DNA of 52,392 nucleotides from a virus. The translations under genes and the position numbers were made by a program. This document shows positions 19,503-29,701 of the stretch, piece after piece (the stretch's first letter is position 1; every line of letters starts with the position of its first letter). The stretch spans positions 141,780 to 194,171 of the IMG/VR virus record IMGVR_UViG_3300045988_103014; one strand, 5' to 3'. The notes beneath the pieces were generated by a model. That model did not search any database, was not told where the DNA came from, and saw only the letters and a list, made by a program, of their open reading frames with translations.

Positions 19503-20612
19503 TTACATCTGTCCTGAAAGACGTCCGTCATAAGTAGCAACCTTACCAGTTACTCCATCAAAATTCCAAGTACCCATCTTACCAAGTAGAGCAGTGTCTA
19601 CATAAGAACAGATGTTGTTAGCAAGGATAGCTGTTACACCAACCTTCTTGTATACCTGGATTTCACGAGAACGGTCATAGTTGGTGTACTCATCAACGAT
19701 TGTGCCACCCTCGAACGCAATCTTTACAGGCTTTCCATCAGCACCAGTAGGAATTACCCAAGCATAACCAGGGTCAATTACCTTGCGGCTGTTAGTCTCA
19801 TCTTCGAAGCCCTGCTCAAGGATGATAACCTTAGTTCCCTTGTAGTTAGCAAGACGACCTGTATTCCAAAGCTCTGTCTTCATAGCCTCAGTGTATCTCC
19901 AAGCTTCGCTAGGAATCATACGAACTGCGAACTCATAAGTACAGTAGATAGTTGGAGTACCATAAGCAGCTGCGATGTTGATAAGTCTATCCATAGCAGC
20001 CTCATCGAAACCAGCAACAGCAACCTTGTTTGCAGGTGGTAACTGGTTAATAGATGCCTTTAATGCTGCAGCAACTTCCTTGTAGATTAACTCGTCCATA
20101 CCATCCATGATAATCTTAGTAACTTCTGCGAAGTCTACACGACCATCAAGGAACTCTTCGAAGCCAATCTGAGCTGCTCCACCGATAGCGCTAGTACGAA
20201 CTTCGAAGCTCTCGCTCTCAGCTGGTCCAAGCTTGAATACCTCATAGATACCTGCTAAACCAACACGAGTGATGAACTGCTTAGCTCTTGCGCGTGTCTG
20301 AAGTGGACGTCTAAATACAGCCTTATCGCCCTGTGCGAATGTCTTTGTCTCAGCGAACTGGTCGTACTGCTGAGAAACCTTCTTAGGAAGAACCTCATCC
20401 AAAGTCTCCTCAATCATAGAGAAGATAAGGTTCTTGTTCTCTCTATATAGAGAATATGTGCCAGCCAATTCATTCATTTCCTGGCGTAATGTTTCGTTAA
20501 GTGCTTCGTATGAAAGCTGCTTATCTCCAAAAGAGTAAGCAACAGGAGCTGAAGGGTCAGCCTTAGCAACTTGCTTCATAAGAGCAACTAAATTTGTTCT
20601 ATCTAATGCCAT
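19503..20612 (-). CDS. major capsid protein candidate (369 aa)
   Basis: Size and position (after portal and morphogenesis genes) fit. It is followed by the strongest terminator in the window, a 13-bp GC stem at 19430-19474. Confidence 0.45.
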   Translation of the reverse strand: MALDRTNLVALMKQVAKADPSAPVAYSFGDKQLSYEALNETLRQEMNELAGTYSLYRENKNLIFSMIEETLDEVLPKKVSQQYDQFAETKTFAQGDKAVFRRPLQTRARAKQFITRVGLAGIYEVFKLGPAESESFEVRTSAIGGAAQIGFEEFLDGRVDFAEVTKIIMDGMDELIYKEVAAALKASINQLPPANKVAVAGFDEAAMDRLINIAAAYGTPTIYCTYEFAVRMIPSEAWRYTEAMKTELWNTGRLANYKGTKVIILEQGFEDETNSRKVIDPGYAWVIPTGADGKPVKIAFEGGTIVDEYTNYDRSREIQVYKKVGVTAILANNICSYVDTALLGKMGTWNFDGVTGKVATYDGRLSGQM

Positions 20613-20629
20613 TACTCTTCTCTCCTTTC

Positions 20630-21553
20630 TTACGCAATTCTCATAACCTTAACGCCCTTTTGGCCGTCAGGCATTGTGTATACTTTAACAACCTGCCACT
20701 TCATAGCATCAACGTCTCCGCTCTTAGCAAGGATACCCTTTGCATTAGGAGCAAGAATGTCACCAACTACAAGAGCAGTCTCAGCAACAGTATTAGTTGT
20801 AAAAATGTCACCAACGTTAGTCTTGATTACACGAGGAACCATTGCAGTACCCTGAGGCATCTTCTTCTCACGTGCAATACCAAGCTTCTTCCATGGGTCA
20901 TTTGTAAATCCGATTTCGTAGATGTCTTCAACATCCTTAGTTACATCGTCGTAAGCATAAGTAACTGTAATCTTAGTCTTAGTCTCACCAGTAACAGGGT
21001 CGATTTCATACTCGCTACCCTTATAAGTGAACTTATTTTCAGTAATAATGCAAGCATCACCTGCAATATCAATTACCTTGTGTCCTGGCTCAGCAGTAAA
21101 GGTTCTCTCAACTGTAAAACCAGTGTTACCGTCAGAATCCTTACCATTTAAGTAAAGACCATTGTGATACTCCTGCTCAGGAATCTCATAGTCATATGGA
21201 CTATAGATACGAGCCTGGTAATCGTCCTTAATCATTGCGAATTCGCAATCCCACTGCTTACTTCCATCTGGATGGTTTCTATATAACTTGATTTCATTGT
21301 AAACCATCATCCACTCGCCTGCGCCAGTGAAGTCTACAACACCGATGCCATTATCATTAGCTGCATAGTTATACTTAACGAACTGACCCTGCTCAAGAAT
21401 GTTGATATCAGCAGCTGCTGGTAACTGAGCATAAATCTGTCCGGTTCTCTGAGCTGAAAGGTGGTTAGGTTCAACCTGACCATATCCGAACTCAACATAT
21501 GAAGCCTGTGACTTAATAGGCAAACGAGCGTCTAAAAAATCCTTAAACATCAT
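20630..21553 (-). CDS. capsid-associated protein (decoration/scaffold-like, 307 aa)
   Basis: Complete beta-rich ORF between the morphogenesis gene and the capsid gene. Confidence 0.3.
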   Translation of the reverse strand: MMFKDFLDARLPIKSQASYVEFGYGQVEPNHLSAQRTGQIYAQLPAAADINILEQGQFVKYNYAANDNGIGVVDFTGAGEWMMVYNEIKLYRNHPDGSKQWDCEFAMIKDDYQARIYSPYDYEIPEQEYHNGLYLNGKDSDGNTGFTVERTFTAEPGHKVIDIAGDACIITENKFTYKGSEYEIDPVTGETKTKITVTYAYDDVTKDVEDIYEIGFTNDPWKKLGIAREKKMPQGTAMVPRVIKTNVGDIFTTNTVAETALVVGDILAPNAKGILAKSGDVDAMKWQVVKVYTMPDGQKGVKVMRIA

Positions 21554-21573
21554 AGTTTATGTATCCTCCTTAA

Positions 21574-23205
21574 TTAGTTTAATGTTTTAGCAACATCAAG
21601 AGCGGCCTTAACCCAAGCTGGAGTTGATGAATCATCTAGTAAAGCGTCTCCCCCAAGATTATAAACATGAGGTGCGTTATCTTTATTATCGTCATCAAGG
21701 TTAAAACTTACCTTGTTGCGTACACAAATGATAGAAAGCTTAGCTTCGATATCATCTAAAGAATAAGTATCAATGTTATCAATAACATCTTTCTTATCCT
21801 CGTCAGAAAGCATGCAGAATGAATCAATCATAGCCTGCTTTTCCTTTTTATCTGAATCAGCTTTGAACTGCTTAAGAGGTTCAACCTCAGCCTTCAACTG
21901 CTCATTCTCAGATACTAAAGCATTATATTTAGTTTCTAATTCAGAGAATTTAGAAGCTAATTCTACATACTCAGGAATTTCTTCCAATGAATATTTCTTT
22001 TTCTTCTTATCCTCTTCATCATCTTTGCCCTCTTCATCTGACTTTTCGCCATCTTTCTTACCGTCAGCTGGCTTCTCGTCATCTTTAGGAGCATCTTTCT
22101 TATCATCGGGATTTTCTCCCTCTGATTTATCTTCATTTTCAGGCTTATCAGATTTATCATCCTTGCCCTTTTCTTCGTCCTCTTTATTCTTTTTGTATTC
22201 AGTCTCAAATGCTTCAACTTCTTCCAAAGAGAACTGTGGCTCTGAAGCTGGCTTATAAGTCTTAGTCACTTCTTCAAGCTCACCAATTGTAGTAAACCCT
22301 TCTGTTTCGCTAAGAGAGAAAACTAACTTGAAATACTTCATGTCTGTGCGGTTCTGAAGAACTGCAAACTTCTGTCCACCCTCTTCAAAAACGCCTTCAA
22401 TTCTGTAAACAGAACACCAGCCGTTCTCACCATCTGGGTATGTCTTCTCAATATAGCTGTAAAGGGCACTCCACAAAGCGTCGCCAATTTCTACTGCGTA
22501 TCTAGTAAACACTTGTGTTCCTCCTTCACTTAATAAAAATTCTTTCAATTCTTTCATCATTGATAACATTTCATTTTGGAAACCATCGCTGAATGAGAAT
22601 TGAACTGGAGTAATATTTGAGCCTTCAAAGCATGGCTCACATTCTTCGCCCAAAATACAAAGTTTTGATATTACTGCTTCATTGATAATGAAGAATTTAG
22701 GTTTTCCATTCTCATCTTTTGCCCAAGTTGCATCCAATGTATTTTCATCAAGTTCCATTGACTGATTATTTCCCTTATCAATGATACGTTGAGCCTCTGG
22801 ATACTGACCGGTCCAGATGTAACCTTCGGTAACAAGATACTCTCTTTCTACCGAATCATCATCATAGAATTTCTGAAACCAACACTTTGCATTCATATCT
22901 ACGAAACCATAAGGTCTTGTAGCATCCTCAATTTCAAAGTTACCATTTGAAAGCTTAATAGTTCTGTTATGCTCTTCAAAGTCCTTTGAGACTTCGTTGT
23001 AGTAACCTACAATCGGACTGCCAGGTAAAGAGTTCGCCATTTCGCGAGCGACATCCTTCGTAATAATACTTCTATTACGATTAGGCTTATCGCTCACGTA
23101 ACAAACTTTAATCTGACATTTTGAAATCAGAGGATTCATAGGTTGGACGTTAATGAACTCGCAAACCTGTCCTTGAACAGGAATACTTTTATGCTTCATA
23201 GTCAA
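21574..23205 (-). CDS. head morphogenesis / scaffold-like protein
   Basis: Globular N-terminal ~330 aa, then a K/D/E-rich low-complexity linker (KDDKSDKPENEDKSEGENPDDKKD...EEDKKKKK), then a C-terminal coiled coil (LKAEVEPLKQFKADSDKKEKQ). Follows the portal gene. Confidence 0.35.
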   Translation of the reverse strand: MTMKHKSIPVQGQVCEFINVQPMNPLISKCQIKVCYVSDKPNRNRSIITKDVAREMANSLPGSPIVGYYNEVSKDFEEHNRTIKLSNGNFEIEDATRPYGFVDMNAKCWFQKFYDDDSVEREYLVTEGYIWTGQYPEAQRIIDKGNNQSMELDENTLDATWAKDENGKPKFFIINEAVISKLCILGEECEPCFEGSNITPVQFSFSDGFQNEMLSMMKELKEFLLSEGGTQVFTRYAVEIGDALWSALYSYIEKTYPDGENGWCSVYRIEGVFEEGGQKFAVLQNRTDMKYFKLVFSLSETEGFTTIGELEEVTKTYKPASEPQFSLEEVEAFETEYKKNKEDEEKGKDDKSDKPENEDKSEGENPDDKKDAPKDDEKPADGKKDGEKSDEEGKDDEEDKKKKKYSLEEIPEYVELASKFSELETKYNALVSENEQLKAEVEPLKQFKADSDKKEKQAMIDSFCMLSDEDKKDVIDNIDTYSLDDIEAKLSIICVRNKVSFNLDDDNKDNAPHVYNLGGDALLDDSSTPAWVKAALDVAKTLN

Positions 23206-23210
23206 CCTCC

Positions 23211-24848
23211 TTAACTCATTGATTCCTTGTTTTGGATTGTTTTTTCGCTTTTCTGGTCATCGCTCTTCTCAGGACGGCCCGCAGCCTTTTCCTCAGTCTT
23301 TACGACTTTACCAGTAGCACTTCCCTCTGATTTATCTTGAGAATTAGAATTACCAGATTGTTCTTTTGTGCCCTTTCCAGACAACTGCTGCAATCCATCT
23401 GCATTCATAACTGAACTCTGCATTGGAGGAACCATAATCTCGCTCAAATGTAAAATATTATTCTCAAAATGAGCTGCATGAATAATTGAACTCTGTGAAT
23501 GTCCCATAGCAATCTGTGGCAACATCTTTGAGTAACCAATCTGCACTTGCTCTTTATACATTTTAGAAAGTTCACGGTAATTATACTGTGTTGTTTCTAA
23601 CATATACAAGCGGAAGTTATATTTCCTTTTCTGAGTTCCTTTTACCTGAGCTAATCTGTCAAAGAACATATGGAACTGGAAAAGTAAATTTCGTATAGAA
23701 GACTCATCTGCTAGAATTGACTTCTCTAGAGATAAGTTACCGTCTGTATTAAATAAGTTCTGTGAAATACCAAAGTTATTAAATACAGTACGCTCCATTT
23801 TCGCAAGGTCATCACTTGTTGTAGTAGTATTCTTATCAGACATATCTTCTACATCAATATCTGCGAAAGTAGTTAATACGTCGACACCAATAGCACGCTT
23901 TAACATTTCAACTGCGTTGTTATGAATATCACGAGCTTCATCAACGTCAAAAATCAAATCACCATTCTTATCCAATGGCAACTTCTGGATAACTATTTTT
24001 AGTAATTGCTGCATTTGCTTCTTGCGGTCAAGTTCTTGAGCAGCATCCAAGTCTAAAATAGCTGGAATTGCATTCGCAAACAAAGGTGCGTCATTTCCAT
24101 ATAAATTAAACTTAATAGCATTGCCTGGCTCAAGTAAATACCAGCCACCCTGTCTATCAGAAGGGTCATCTGATGGTAATTTACCTTGCTTGAATAACAA
24201 ATATCCTTTTGCAAATTCAGGCGGGAACATTTTCAGCACTCTCATTCGATAATTAACATCTTTGAAGTTTTCATCAAAGAATTTCATATTGAATTCAATC
24301 GCTGGAACATTACCAACAAAAAATCTTGAACGGCAATAGTTAATTGGTAATTGCTGTAGAATGGCGCCGTCGCCACCCTCAACCAAGTAACCATAATATG
24401 CCCCGTGCTTAATCACCTCAAGGGCGATGTCGCCGCAAAGTTTCTTAATATGAGTGTTATCAAGATATGCCAAAACTTTGTCATAATCTTTTAGTACCTT
24501 TTCTTCCTTAACACTTTCATCATGAATCTCAGGAATTACGTACCAATCATATCTATAAAGGAATGCAAAGTAATTACAAACTCTGGAATAAATACCACTT
24601 GTTTTGTAAAAATAGTCTGAAATCTCTCTTAACTTAGGAATATCGTTCTTATATAAAGCATCAAGAACAACAGCTTTGCTAATATTATTTCTGCTTGCCT
24701 TTTTAATAGCACCCAGGTCTAATACTGCGTCATCTAAAGTTTTAGTGCCAATCTTCATTTTACCATAGTCGATTGGACCTTCATAGCTTTGACGACGGTC
24801 AACAATGCTGAAACCCTTAGAACGAATTTCCTCCTGTCTATCTCTCAA
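23211..24848 (-). CDS. portal protein candidate (545 aa)
   Basis: Size and position immediately downstream of the large terminase (with one small inserted gene); charged C-terminal tail. Confidence 0.5.
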   Translation of the reverse strand: MRDRQEEIRSKGFSIVDRRQSYEGPIDYGKMKIGTKTLDDAVLDLGAIKKASRNNISKAVVLDALYKNDIPKLREISDYFYKTSGIYSRVCNYFAFLYRYDWYVIPEIHDESVKEEKVLKDYDKVLAYLDNTHIKKLCGDIALEVIKHGAYYGYLVEGGDGAILQQLPINYCRSRFFVGNVPAIEFNMKFFDENFKDVNYRMRVLKMFPPEFAKGYLLFKQGKLPSDDPSDRQGGWYLLEPGNAIKFNLYGNDAPLFANAIPAILDLDAAQELDRKKQMQQLLKIVIQKLPLDKNGDLIFDVDEARDIHNNAVEMLKRAIGVDVLTTFADIDVEDMSDKNTTTTSDDLAKMERTVFNNFGISQNLFNTDGNLSLEKSILADESSIRNLLFQFHMFFDRLAQVKGTQKRKYNFRLYMLETTQYNYRELSKMYKEQVQIGYSKMLPQIAMGHSQSSIIHAAHFENNILHLSEIMVPPMQSSVMNADGLQQLSGKGTKEQSGNSNSQDKSEGSATGKVVKTEEKAAGRPEKSDDQKSEKTIQNKESMS

Positions 24849-24862
24849 AACTCCACACCTCC

Positions 24863-25219
24863 TTAATATCCTGCTTTTCGCATAATATAGTCATAAGAAA
24901 TTAAATTCTCTTCGGTGTATGGAATTTCAATCAAAGTAAAATCATGCAAGGCGCAAAATCTTCGTTTCTGATTATCATTGTATTGTTGCTGATAGAAACC
25001 TCTTTTGCCACCAAATTTAGAACTTGGTTCATAGTGTTGTTTACCTTGATATTCAATAATAAAATCAATTTGACCATCATCATCGAATACAACAAAATCA
25101 AAACGAAGGGGTCTGCCGCCAGTACTTGACAATCCTGGGAACGAATATTCCATCTGGAACTTCAATCCAGCTTCCTTTAAAATTTCTTCAATCTTAATCT
25201 CGCCACGTGACGCGCGCAT
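24863..25219 (-). CDS. small endonuclease-like protein (restriction-endonuclease-fold / DUF559-like), possible homing endonuclease
   Basis: 118 aa inserted between the terminase and portal genes. Motif LRFDFVVFDDDGQIDFIIEYQGKQHY resembles PD-(D/E)XK-type small endonucleases. Confidence 0.3.
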   Translation of the reverse strand: MRASRGEIKIEEILKEAGLKFQMEYSFPGLSSTGGRPLRFDFVVFDDDGQIDFIIEYQGKQHYEPSSKFGGKRGFYQQQYNDNQKRRFCALHDFTLIEIPYTEENLISYDYIMRKAGY

Positions 25220-25234
25220 ACAACCCCTCCTTTC

Positions 25235-27010
25235 TTAGTTCATAAAACACCAGTCTTTGGCATTGAATTTCTTTTTACGTTTCTTTCCGTCTTCTTCTTG
25301 TTTAATGTAATAAAGACCATACTCGAAGGCAGAGAATTTATCTTTTCTAATTCCCTTATTAGCCTGTTTTAAGATGATATTAACACCTTCATTTTCTTCA
25401 CGAAGGTTCATCATCTCCTCTTTCAATATGGAAGTTAAGGTAAATGGTTTAAGATATTCTGCCCTTTCTTCAGGCTTCATATTCTGTCCAACCTTTGTTC
25501 CTAACAATTTTACCTTAGCCACACGCTCATCAATCAAGAATTTAACTTTACCAGAAGATAACTGCGTCTGTGCATTTGCATGTGCTTCCGTGTTAATCGG
25601 AGCATTTGCTTTGATAATGTAAATTGCGTTCTGTTCGCAATTACTTGTTTGATATTTTTTATAGTAACCCTCGTCATCATTATACACACCAAAGTCCGCA
25701 TAAATCTCACTTGTATCAGGGTCAACCTGCTGTTTAACCATGTAATCCATAAGTCCGATACCGAGACCATTACCATCGATTACCAGTCTACGAGCATTAT
25801 ATTTATAATATAATTTCTTCAACTTAATTGCCTGGTCTTCAAAATGTTCATCTGCCATTGTATAAATGTTAATCAATTGCTTTAATGAAACACCTTGTGG
25901 CTGTGGAGTAACCTTAAATACACAAACTACAGTATCACAACCCTTACGACCAACGTCGCAAGAAAGGATATAATAGCTTTGTTTTCCAGCTCTTCCAGAA
26001 GCCTCATACTCAGGCTGCTTTAAAATTCTATTCTTTTCAAAAGTTTCTACACTAAAGAATGCATCTTCTACTGTACCAGACCACTTTGACTCATACTCTC
26101 TATCAAACGCAGTTTCATTGAAAGTACCGTCCATCTTAAGGTCTTTAACAAAGTTCTTATCCAACAGCTTAACTAAAACTGGAATACGATAAGTACCGCC
26201 CATTACAATAGATTTTTCAGGTTTAACAATTTGCCATACTAATAGCTGAATTAACTTATCATAAGGATAAGTATTCTTAAATCCAGCAGTTGTAATATAA
26301 AGCTGAGATTTATTCAACTGTTCTTCTGGGTGAGTAGAACCATCCATACACATACGAGAAATGTTCATGGTAGGAATAATAACTGTTGAAAGAATATCAC
26401 CATCTACACCTACGCACTCCTCGATTACACCTGCGTGACGACGCTTACCACGGGAACTCTCTCGAGCCGCAATGTTATCAAAATATGAACCATTCTTAAA
26501 TACATATTTACAATAATCTTTACCTTCCAATGTTTTACCTCGTCCCCAGTCAATCTCATTTTTAAACGCCGGAATTAGTGAACAAATTTCCTGTACCTTT
26601 TCCTTCATAATACCCGCAGCCTGTTCCTTACCACCTGATGTAACGAACAACTTACACTTAGGATAAAGTACACATCTAATCATCAAAACCATCATAGACA
26701 AGAAAGATTTTGAATACGCACGAGGGAACACCGCATACATATATTGATGTCGCATCGCCGCACGCAAGAAAACTCTTTGATAAAAGTAAAACTTAAAATT
26801 CTGAGGATTGCCGCAAGTCAACAAAAAGTCAACAAACAAATCGGGATACTCCCTCCACAAGGCAATATAATTCCTTGCATCAGGGAGTATCGCACGAATT
26901 CTATCTTCAGAAATATCAATTTTACTATAACGGCTTTCTTGACCAGTAAATCTTGAAATATCAATTCTTCGACTTTTCTTAGAAAGGTCAATTAGTTCTT
27001 CTAAAGCCAT
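25235..27010 (-). CDS. terminase large subunit
   Basis: 591 aa. N-terminal P-loop-like segment (FPRAYSKSF), a Walker-B-like hydrophobic run ending in acidic residues, and a C-terminal RNase-H-like segment (LVIDGNGLGIGLMDYM). Start overlaps the stop of the upstream gene at 27010. Confidence 0.6.
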   Translation of the reverse strand: MALEELIDLSKKSRRIDISRFTGQESRYSKIDISEDRIRAILPDARNYIALWREYPDLFVDFLLTCGNPQNFKFYFYQRVFLRAAMRHQYMYAVFPRAYSKSFLSMMVLMIRCVLYPKCKLFVTSGGKEQAAGIMKEKVQEICSLIPAFKNEIDWGRGKTLEGKDYCKYVFKNGSYFDNIAARESSRGKRRHAGVIEECVGVDGDILSTVIIPTMNISRMCMDGSTHPEEQLNKSQLYITTAGFKNTYPYDKLIQLLVWQIVKPEKSIVMGGTYRIPVLVKLLDKNFVKDLKMDGTFNETAFDREYESKWSGTVEDAFFSVETFEKNRILKQPEYEASGRAGKQSYYILSCDVGRKGCDTVVCVFKVTPQPQGVSLKQLINIYTMADEHFEDQAIKLKKLYYKYNARRLVIDGNGLGIGLMDYMVKQQVDPDTSEIYADFGVYNDDEGYYKKYQTSNCEQNAIYIIKANAPINTEAHANAQTQLSSGKVKFLIDERVAKVKLLGTKVGQNMKPEERAEYLKPFTLTSILKEEMMNLREENEGVNIILKQANKGIRKDKFSAFEYGLYYIKQEEDGKKRKKKFNAKDWCFMN

Positions 27011-28227
27011 TATTGACCCTCCTCTCCCTTTCTAATCTGAGCTAAAAGTTCTTCATCAGAAAGTTCTTCTTCTTCGAGGAATTCACTATACTCTTCAAAA
27101 TCTTCATCTTTTAATTCACTGATTGATTCATAATCTAATTCTTCTTCATCATTATCTTCATCCTCTTCTTTAGCTTCCTCAATAGCCATCTGCTTAACAG
27201 CATTCTCAATCAAGTTACCTAAATTCATTTCTTCTACTACAAGAGAATGAGTATAATTCTTCAAATCCAATAGAGTCTCATCAACTCTATCTTTTGGACC
27301 GTCGGTATAAAATCTTGGAATAAATCCATCTTTTTCACAGATAGTAACTAACTCGGCAATCGAATCAAGATACTCACCTGTTTCAGCCTTATTCTGAGCC
27401 GCAGTAAATTTACCGGACTTCATAAGACCATCATACATCTTTATCATTTTCTGTGCGCCATCTACATCACCTATATCCAATAACTGATTAGCCTTCATAG
27501 AGGTCTTACATACTAATTTCAATGTATCTTCATGTCCAGCACCTTGAATTTCATAAGACTCTTCCATCTCTTGATAAAGCTGTTCAAGTTTAATCCATTC
27601 TTCTGGCTTATATGCTTTACCCCATTTTAGAAGCAACATTCTGCGCTCTTCATCAGTTAAATCAATAACCAAGTCTGATTCATCAACACCAGACTGTTGT
27701 GCAAAATAATCTTCTTGTGGGAAGCCGCCACCTGTTGTCGCAGGTCCTGGAATATATTCCGGCTCTTGGTAACCACCCTCCGGAATAATAATTCGTTGTT
27801 CTTCAACCGCAGCCATAATTTCCGTTGCACTATATCCTTGCGCTTTCATGGCTTGCTCTGTTTTCAAATTTCGCAATTCTTGTAATCGTTCTGTATCTGC
27901 CCATCTACAATCTGTATAAGGTTTTAATTTCATTTTAGATAAATAACGACCAAGAATTGTCATACCAGTTAGCTTACTTCTATCTTTACCATATTTCTCA
28001 AGTAAAGTGTACCAAGCTTCTGGAACCCAAGGCACGTCACATTCCTGAAGAATCCATAAGAATGACTCAGGATTGAAGTTATCTACGTGCATAGTAATGC
28101 ATTTCTTACAAGTATCTAATTTTCCGTTCGGATACTTCTCAAGATTGTTCGTTCCGTAGAATTCGTCGGCGCGCATGGTCTTTTTACATTTCTTGCAGAA
28201 TATCTGCTCTTGGTCTGTAACTGCCAT
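27010..28227 (-). CDS. terminase small subunit candidate with N-terminal zinc ribbon
   Basis: 405 aa. CKKCKK...CKKC zinc-ribbon at the N-terminus, a very acidic C-terminus, and translational coupling to the large terminase gene. Confidence 0.3.
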   Translation of the reverse strand: MAVTDQEQIFCKKCKKTMRADEFYGTNNLEKYPNGKLDTCKKCITMHVDNFNPESFLWILQECDVPWVPEAWYTLLEKYGKDRSKLTGMTILGRYLSKMKLKPYTDCRWADTERLQELRNLKTEQAMKAQGYSATEIMAAVEEQRIIIPEGGYQEPEYIPGPATTGGGFPQEDYFAQQSGVDESDLVIDLTDEERRMLLLKWGKAYKPEEWIKLEQLYQEMEESYEIQGAGHEDTLKLVCKTSMKANQLLDIGDVDGAQKMIKMYDGLMKSGKFTAAQNKAETGEYLDSIAELVTICEKDGFIPRFYTDGPKDRVDETLLDLKNYTHSLVVEEMNLGNLIENAVKQMAIEEAKEEDEDNDEEELDYESISELKDEDFEEYSEFLEEEELSDEELLAQIRKGEEGQ

Positions 28228-28270
28228 AATACTCCTCCTTTATTCAATCATAAGTTTAAGCGCCCTCAGA

Positions 28271-29329
28271 TTAGGCCTTTTTGCCCTTTGAGTTTCGACA
28301 ACATTTACAAATACTGTAAAAGCCATCTTTACTTGTCTTATTCTTGCTAAAGTACTTATTATGCGCCAATTTAATTTCGCCGCAACGACTGCACTTTTTA
28401 TATTTACCTTTTTCTACATTCAAATAATGCCAATCAAGCAAATCATCTTCTGCTTTAGAAGCTATTAAACCAGGAATTTTATTTCTCCAAAGACTTGAAA
28501 TATATTCCAAGCTATGAGTTGTTCCAAATTCTTCTTTTAATGCTTGTTGGATATCAACATTTTGCATTCCATCAATTTTATATAAAACAATTTTTTCATA
28601 CATAGGGAATTCTTTTAATGCTCTATCGCACACATCATCAAAAGACTCCATTAAATAATATAAATCAGAATCAAAACGCCCGTAAGCATCTTGTCTAAGT
28701 TTTGAATAATTACATAAAATCGCGGAGCAAACACGCGTGTCACAAAGTGAAATTCCCTTTGGAACTACATAACCTTCTGCGTCAAATGAATAATCATCTT
28801 CTAACTTAGTAGGGAAATTACTTCGTGTAATTTTGTTAAAGCGGATTGGTTTACGATACGCATCTTTTACTACATATTGGTCTTTTCGTAAATCAATAAT
28901 TGCTTTCTTAATAATATAGGCATCTCGCCCTGTTGCTGTTTTTAGTTTTTGTTCCCACCATTGGATAGCTTCTCGAATCTGCTTCAAAAATGGAATTTCT
29001 TCTAAATCCTTCTTTGTAATCTGTACCTTTGGTTGAAATATTGTCTGTTTATTATCACTAATTAAGTTATAAATACCATCTTCGCCATTTTCCAATTTAG
29101 AAATGAGGCCCTCCAACGATGTCTCTCGCTTTTGGACTGTTACTGCGTGGTTCTCACTTAATGCCTTAATCTTCTTTTCTTTGCGTTCTTGTTTTTCTAT
29201 TCCTCGAATTAAATAGTCGCCTAAAATCTCTAAATAACTATCAGTTACGTCTGGGTTCTCTTCAAGAATTTTCTTGACGAGCTCATTTCTTGCCTGTGGG
29301 TCCTCTAAAGTGTAATCTAATTTTATCAC
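28271..29329 (-). CDS. first gene of leftward operon; putative DNA-binding/regulatory protein with C-terminal CxxC...CxxC zinc ribbon
   Basis: 352 aa; C-terminal CSRCGEIKLAHNKYFSKNKTSKDGFYSICKCC. RBS GGAGGTG upstream of the ATG at 29329; transcribed from the minus promoter at ~29349-29377. Confidence 0.25.
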   Translation of the reverse strand: MIKLDYTLEDPQARNELVKKILEENPDVTDSYLEILGDYLIRGIEKQERKEKKIKALSENHAVTVQKRETSLEGLISKLENGEDGIYNLISDNKQTIFQPKVQITKKDLEEIPFLKQIREAIQWWEQKLKTATGRDAYIIKKAIIDLRKDQYVVKDAYRKPIRFNKITRSNFPTKLEDDYSFDAEGYVVPKGISLCDTRVCSAILCNYSKLRQDAYGRFDSDLYYLMESFDDVCDRALKEFPMYEKIVLYKIDGMQNVDIQQALKEEFGTTHSLEYISSLWRNKIPGLIASKAEDDLLDWHYLNVEKGKYKKCSRCGEIKLAHNKYFSKNKTSKDGFYSICKCCRNSKGKKA

Positions 29330-29348
29330 TATTAAGCACCTCCATCTT

Positions 29349-29377
29349 AACTATATTATACCAGAAATTTTGGGCAA
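29349..29377 (-). promoter_or_regulatory. leftward promoter of structural/packaging operon
   Basis: On the minus strand: TTGACT - 17 nt - TGgTATAAT (extended -10). Its -35 faces the plus-strand -35 across GTCAAA-TTT-TTTGAC. Confidence 0.55.
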
Positions 29378-29387
29378 AGTCAAATTT

Positions 29388-29417
29388 TTTGACAAACCTT
29401 AAAAATTTTGATATAAT
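29388..29417 (+). promoter_or_regulatory. rightward promoter of the 29465-34201 operon
   Basis: TTGACA - 18 nt - TGaTATAAT. Near-identical copy at 48568-48596. Confidence 0.6.
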
Positions 29418-29464
29418 ATAGGTAAATAAAAGGAAAGAAAAAGTAGATAAAAAGGGGTGGCACT

Positions 29465-29701
29465 ATGTCGATTATAATTCAAATTATTATTATGGTTTTT
29501 TGGTTCACTATGGCAGGAATAGTGTTCTTCTCAAATAGTGATGTGTTGGCAGACGCAGAACCTAAAGACCGCAACATTGCTCTACTTATAATGATTATTT
29601 TTGCACCAGTATTAGCATTAAATAATGTTATAGAAGATATATTAGATATAATATTAGGAATAGATAATGACGACGATGATAAGAGAGGAGGCTTCTTCTA
29701 A
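29465..29701 (+). CDS. small membrane protein (2 TM helices, acidic C-terminus)
   Basis: First gene of the rightward operon; hydrophobic IIMVFWFTMAGIVFF and LLIMIIFAPVLAL segments. Its stop overlaps the next ATG (TAATG). Confidence 0.5.
   Translation: MSIIIQIIIMVFWFTMAGIVFFSNSDVLADAEPKDRNIALLIMIIFAPVLALNNVIEDILDIILGIDNDDDDKRGGFF

Noticed and set aside
21773-22258. Ser-rich 161-aa plus-strand ORF and 84-aa minus ORF inside the morphogenesis gene
   Set aside because: Antisense or alternate-frame readings of the K/D/E-rich low-complexity linker of 21574-23205. No translation signals.
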